Assembly: GCF_009914755.1 (NCBI RefSeq)
Contig: NC_060927.1
Origin: the human T2T-CHM13v2.0 reference genome, Homo sapiens
DNA: 64,000 bases
Reading direction: 5' to 3' (one strand)
Below, in pieces: positions 60,797 to 64,000 of this stretch (its first letter is position 1; the number at the start of each line of letters is the position of its first letter). Below the pieces are notes generated by a model, which did not search any database, was not told the origin of the DNA, and saw only the letters and a list, made by a program, of their open reading frames with translations. The translations under genes were made by a program, and so were the position numbers.

Positions 60797-61803
60797 TAAC
60801 AAACAAAACACATGCACATAAAATGTTAGAAATTTTTCTATTCACATTAACTTTCCAAAAACTGCATTTTAAAATAGAATTTTAAGAATAAAAGGAATTC
60901 AGATGCTGTCTCAAACATTAAATGACACTGTCTGTTCAACTGACACTGCCAAGGGCATCAAAAATACTTGGGTTTGGTGTCATGAAATGTTTATATCCTT
61001 TTCTGCAGACGTAAGACTTAAAAGAGAGTATTGGATATTGCAGCAAATTAGTAATTTTAAAGCATAACTTAGTGTATTAACTTAGGAGCAAAATAAATGA
61101 TGTACATTGATTACTCAGTTGAGTTTGATACATTAACTAGAAATACATAAACGTATGATTACATTTTAAGTGGACCGTAAGAGTTAAAGTGCTCTACTTA
61201 CGATGAAATATGTTTAACTAAATGTCAATTACACCATTAATATCATTAAAATATCATAGTTTCCAAATAAATGATCACCATTGACCTTTTTTTCTTATTT
61301 CTGAGCTTAGTCATTTAATGTATTTTATTTCTGCTATAATCAAAATGCTATTCATAAGTAAATAACAACAGAAAAATATGTAAGTATGTAGATAGCAAGA
61401 AGGTTTACATCTACAGTTTTCCAACGGAGATATAATCCTGAGGCTACCTAACACTTTCCATGAGATATAAAGACAAAGATAGTTTTATGGAAATAAATTT
61501 AGTTAAAATATTCCCTTTAACAATTTCCCTTCTTCTGCTTCACAAAAGAAAGAAAACTACCTTAGGGGCATAAAAGTCTCTGGGGCATTAGAGACGCTAT
61601 TTGAAATGTCGGTGGAGGTATTAAGAAAATTAAGATCGTGTCCAGGAAATGCAGTACCTAAAAAAAGAAAAGAAAATTAAGATTAGGTAACAAATCATTT
61701 TTTTTTCAATTGAGGGGTACTCAATTATTTTTCTTAAAAAAATTGTAAAGAGTCTAATTCAGTTGTCAATGATAGGTCACTAAAAGTACTTTTGATATGA
61801 GAC

Positions 61804-62442
61804 TACTAGTTAGGATTCTTCAGATAAACAGAAGCAATAGGAGATAGAGATAAAGATATAGATAGATACAGAGACAGAGACAGAGATAGAAATAGAGATA
61901 GAGAGAGATAGAGAGAGAGAGAGAGATAGAGATTAGGGGATACAGATAGAGATAAAGGTAGAGGGGGGGATAGAGATAGAGATATAAACAGAGACAGAGA
62001 TAGAGAGAGATAGAGATAGAGATGGAGATACATAGAGAACTATCTTAAGGAATTGGCTCTTGCAGTGGGGCTAACAAGTCTGAAGTTTGTAAGACTGGCT
62101 GGCAGGCTGGAAATTCAAGTAAGAGTTGACATCGCAGTCTTGAAACCAAAATCTATAGAGCAGCCAGTAGGCTGTAAACTCAGGCAGGGTTTCTATGCTG
62201 GCTGCAGTCTTAAGGTAGAATTGCTTCTTTTTTGGGAAACCTCAGTCTTTGCTCTTAAGGCCTCCAATAGAATAAATGAGGCTTAGCCACATCATTGCAG
62301 GCAATTTGCTTTACTCAAAGTGTATTGGTTGTAAATGTCAATCACCTCTACAAATACCTTCACAGCAACATCTAGACTAGTGTTTAACCAAATAACTGGG
62401 CACCACAGCCTTGCCAAGGTGACACATAAAGTTAACCATGAC
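61804..62442 (-). mobile_element. MLT2 (C/D-like) ERVL solo LTR with an internal (GAGATA)n/(GA)n expansion at ~61838-62036
   Basis: agttaggattcttcagataaacagaagcaatagga...aaggaattggctc...cttcacagcaacatctagactagtgttt...aagttaaccatgaca; candidate TSD gagac/gagat. Confidence 0.85.
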
Positions 62443-63414
62443 AGAGATATATGTGTTTCTTGCATATGACTTGAGTCAATAAAACTGAGTAACATTACTG
62501 TAGCAAAACTTTCATTCTCATCTACTTATTTAAGTGAACATAAGCTTTTCATCTCTAAGGAGGAGAAACAAAGCAAAGTTGATGCTCAACCCTGCCTAAC
62601 AATTAGTAATATTCATGCATGTCTACAATAAGCTAATTGTTTAAAAAAATTATATCTATCCCCCTAAGAAATGCATTTGCTTAATAATTATGTATCAAAA
62701 TGTGTAATATATTCATGCCATTTAGTCCAATTTTGTACTAATAACTATAATGAAAACTCAATCCAAAAGAAACATTTGAACAGTTAGAACCTATGGACAT
62801 GAATTTTAAAAATTAGTTCCCAAATGAATACTCATGTATTTATTGCCGAGTAATATGATTAATAAGGGATTTTTAAGCATAAAAATCAATTAGGTTATAA
62901 TTCAGAGGCAGAAATACAAGTACGAAGAAAACTACAAGTGAAACAATAGAAGATTTTTAAGCATAAAAATATATTGAATTAAGAAACAATTCTGTGGGGG
63001 GATGGAATGGAAATAAAAGAACAAAGAAAACTACAAATTAAATTTCTTTGAAAAGCATGGTCACCTAGTTTTGAATGGGTTATAGCTAGTAACACATTGC
63101 TATGGTTTTTGTTATATTGAGTGCTTTTAAAATGGTTTTATTCTAAAAGGTCAATATTTATATTATACTGAATATTACATCCCTTATCATTGTTTATAGT
63201 GATGAAAAGAAATTTTAATGTCCTTTTAAATGTGCAGGAGGGTATATAGCTTTTTAGAATTCTTTTAGCAGGTGTGTAAGAAAAAATTAGGAGATTACTG
63301 TCATACACGATATGCCTTAAGAATACAAAAGACATTTCTGTCTAGAAATAACTATGCTAAGTGGAGGAAACTTTTCAAGTTCTCAACTCTACAGAATATA
63401 TTGCTACAACACAA

Positions 63415-63490
63415 CCGAACCTTAGAGATCATCTTGTGCAGGTTCATTATGAGAAAATTGGGCCCAGAAAAGGTAATAAGAGGTTCTCTT
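63415..63490 (-). mobile_element. MIR fragment
   Basis: gaaccttagagatcatct...atgagaaaattgggcccagaaaaggt resembles the MIR core. Confidence 0.55.
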
Positions 63491-64000
63491 CACCCACTCT
63501 AATGTCTTTGCCTACATCGTGATGTAGAGACCTTTTGCTGAGATGATTTGGCACAGCATCCTGCTATGCAGACAAGACTGTAAGGGCAAATATACAGTAT
63601 CAGAATGGTACATGTGAACATTGTAATGGAATTTTATTAAGACATTTTATTTACTTAGCACCTCCAAGTTTATCACTTTTTGCTAAGGATAGATTAAAAG
63701 TTTGTCCCTGAACTTTCAGAATTTAACAGGTATTAATATGGACCTATTTGACAGCCTGATTCTGGCATATAAACTCCTGAAGTATAAAAAAATGGCTACC
63801 AAAGATCATGGCCCTCAGATGCCAAATGCTAGAATCGAAGGGGAAGCTGAGTGCTTTACCTGAGGTAAAGTGCTTAATATAATCATAACTAGGCTTTGTA
63901 AAAGAAAATATGGAGAGAAAATACCAAAGCAGTATTATATTCATTTGTATCAGTTTATATTAGGCTAATAATGTTGTAGGTGATTTTTTTCTTTTCTTTT

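Noticed and set aside
60903-61067. 54-codon ATG-initiated frame with splice-like sites
   Set aside because: Short, AT-rich, no recognisable homology, and within chance expectation.
61806-62033. Leu/Ser-rich 75-aa ORF
   Set aside because: It is a translation artefact of the (TATCTC)n microsatellite.
62865-63040. Short dispersed duplications (gatttttaagcataaaaat twice; aagaaaactacaa twice)
   Set aside because: They lie in AT-rich sequence probably derived from a DNA-transposon fossil. Two copies each with irregular spacing do not make an array.
63272-63502. 76-aa ORF flanked by acceptor- and donor-like sites
   Set aside because: Its 3' part is MIR-like, it starts at a non-ATG codon, and the peptide is unrecognisable.

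Overview
This is not prokaryotic DNA. It is AT-rich, repeat-dense primate genomic sequence, probably human or another ape, judging by the Alu, L1PA2/3-type and THE1 elements. I cannot support any intact cellular protein-coding gene. Every long ORF in the track belongs to LINE-1 ORF1/ORF2, THE1/MaLR, Alu or an RPL21 retrocopy. The main structures are: (1) a full-length L1PB (~14.6-29.6 kb) carrying a near-full-length antisense L1PA5 (15-bp TSD) and a complete THE1B provirus (5-bp TSD); (2) a young 5'-inverted (twin-primed) L1PA2/3 at 32.65-35.83 kb with a 10-bp TSD and an apparent 22-nt 3' transduction; (3) a polyadenylated U8 snoRNA retrocopy at ~42.4-42.5 kb on the minus strand; (4) an RPL21 processed pseudogene at 58.8-59.35 kb, followed by a truncated L1PA7-type insertion with a 16-bp TSD; and (5) many Alu, MIR, L2, MLT/MER LTRs and DNA-transposon fossils. 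A few repeat-free islands carry splice-like or regulatory motifs, but I cannot assign them to a gene. I see no convincing novel biological system. Repeat subfamily names come from remembered consensus sequences and need confirming with RepeatMasker/Dfam.
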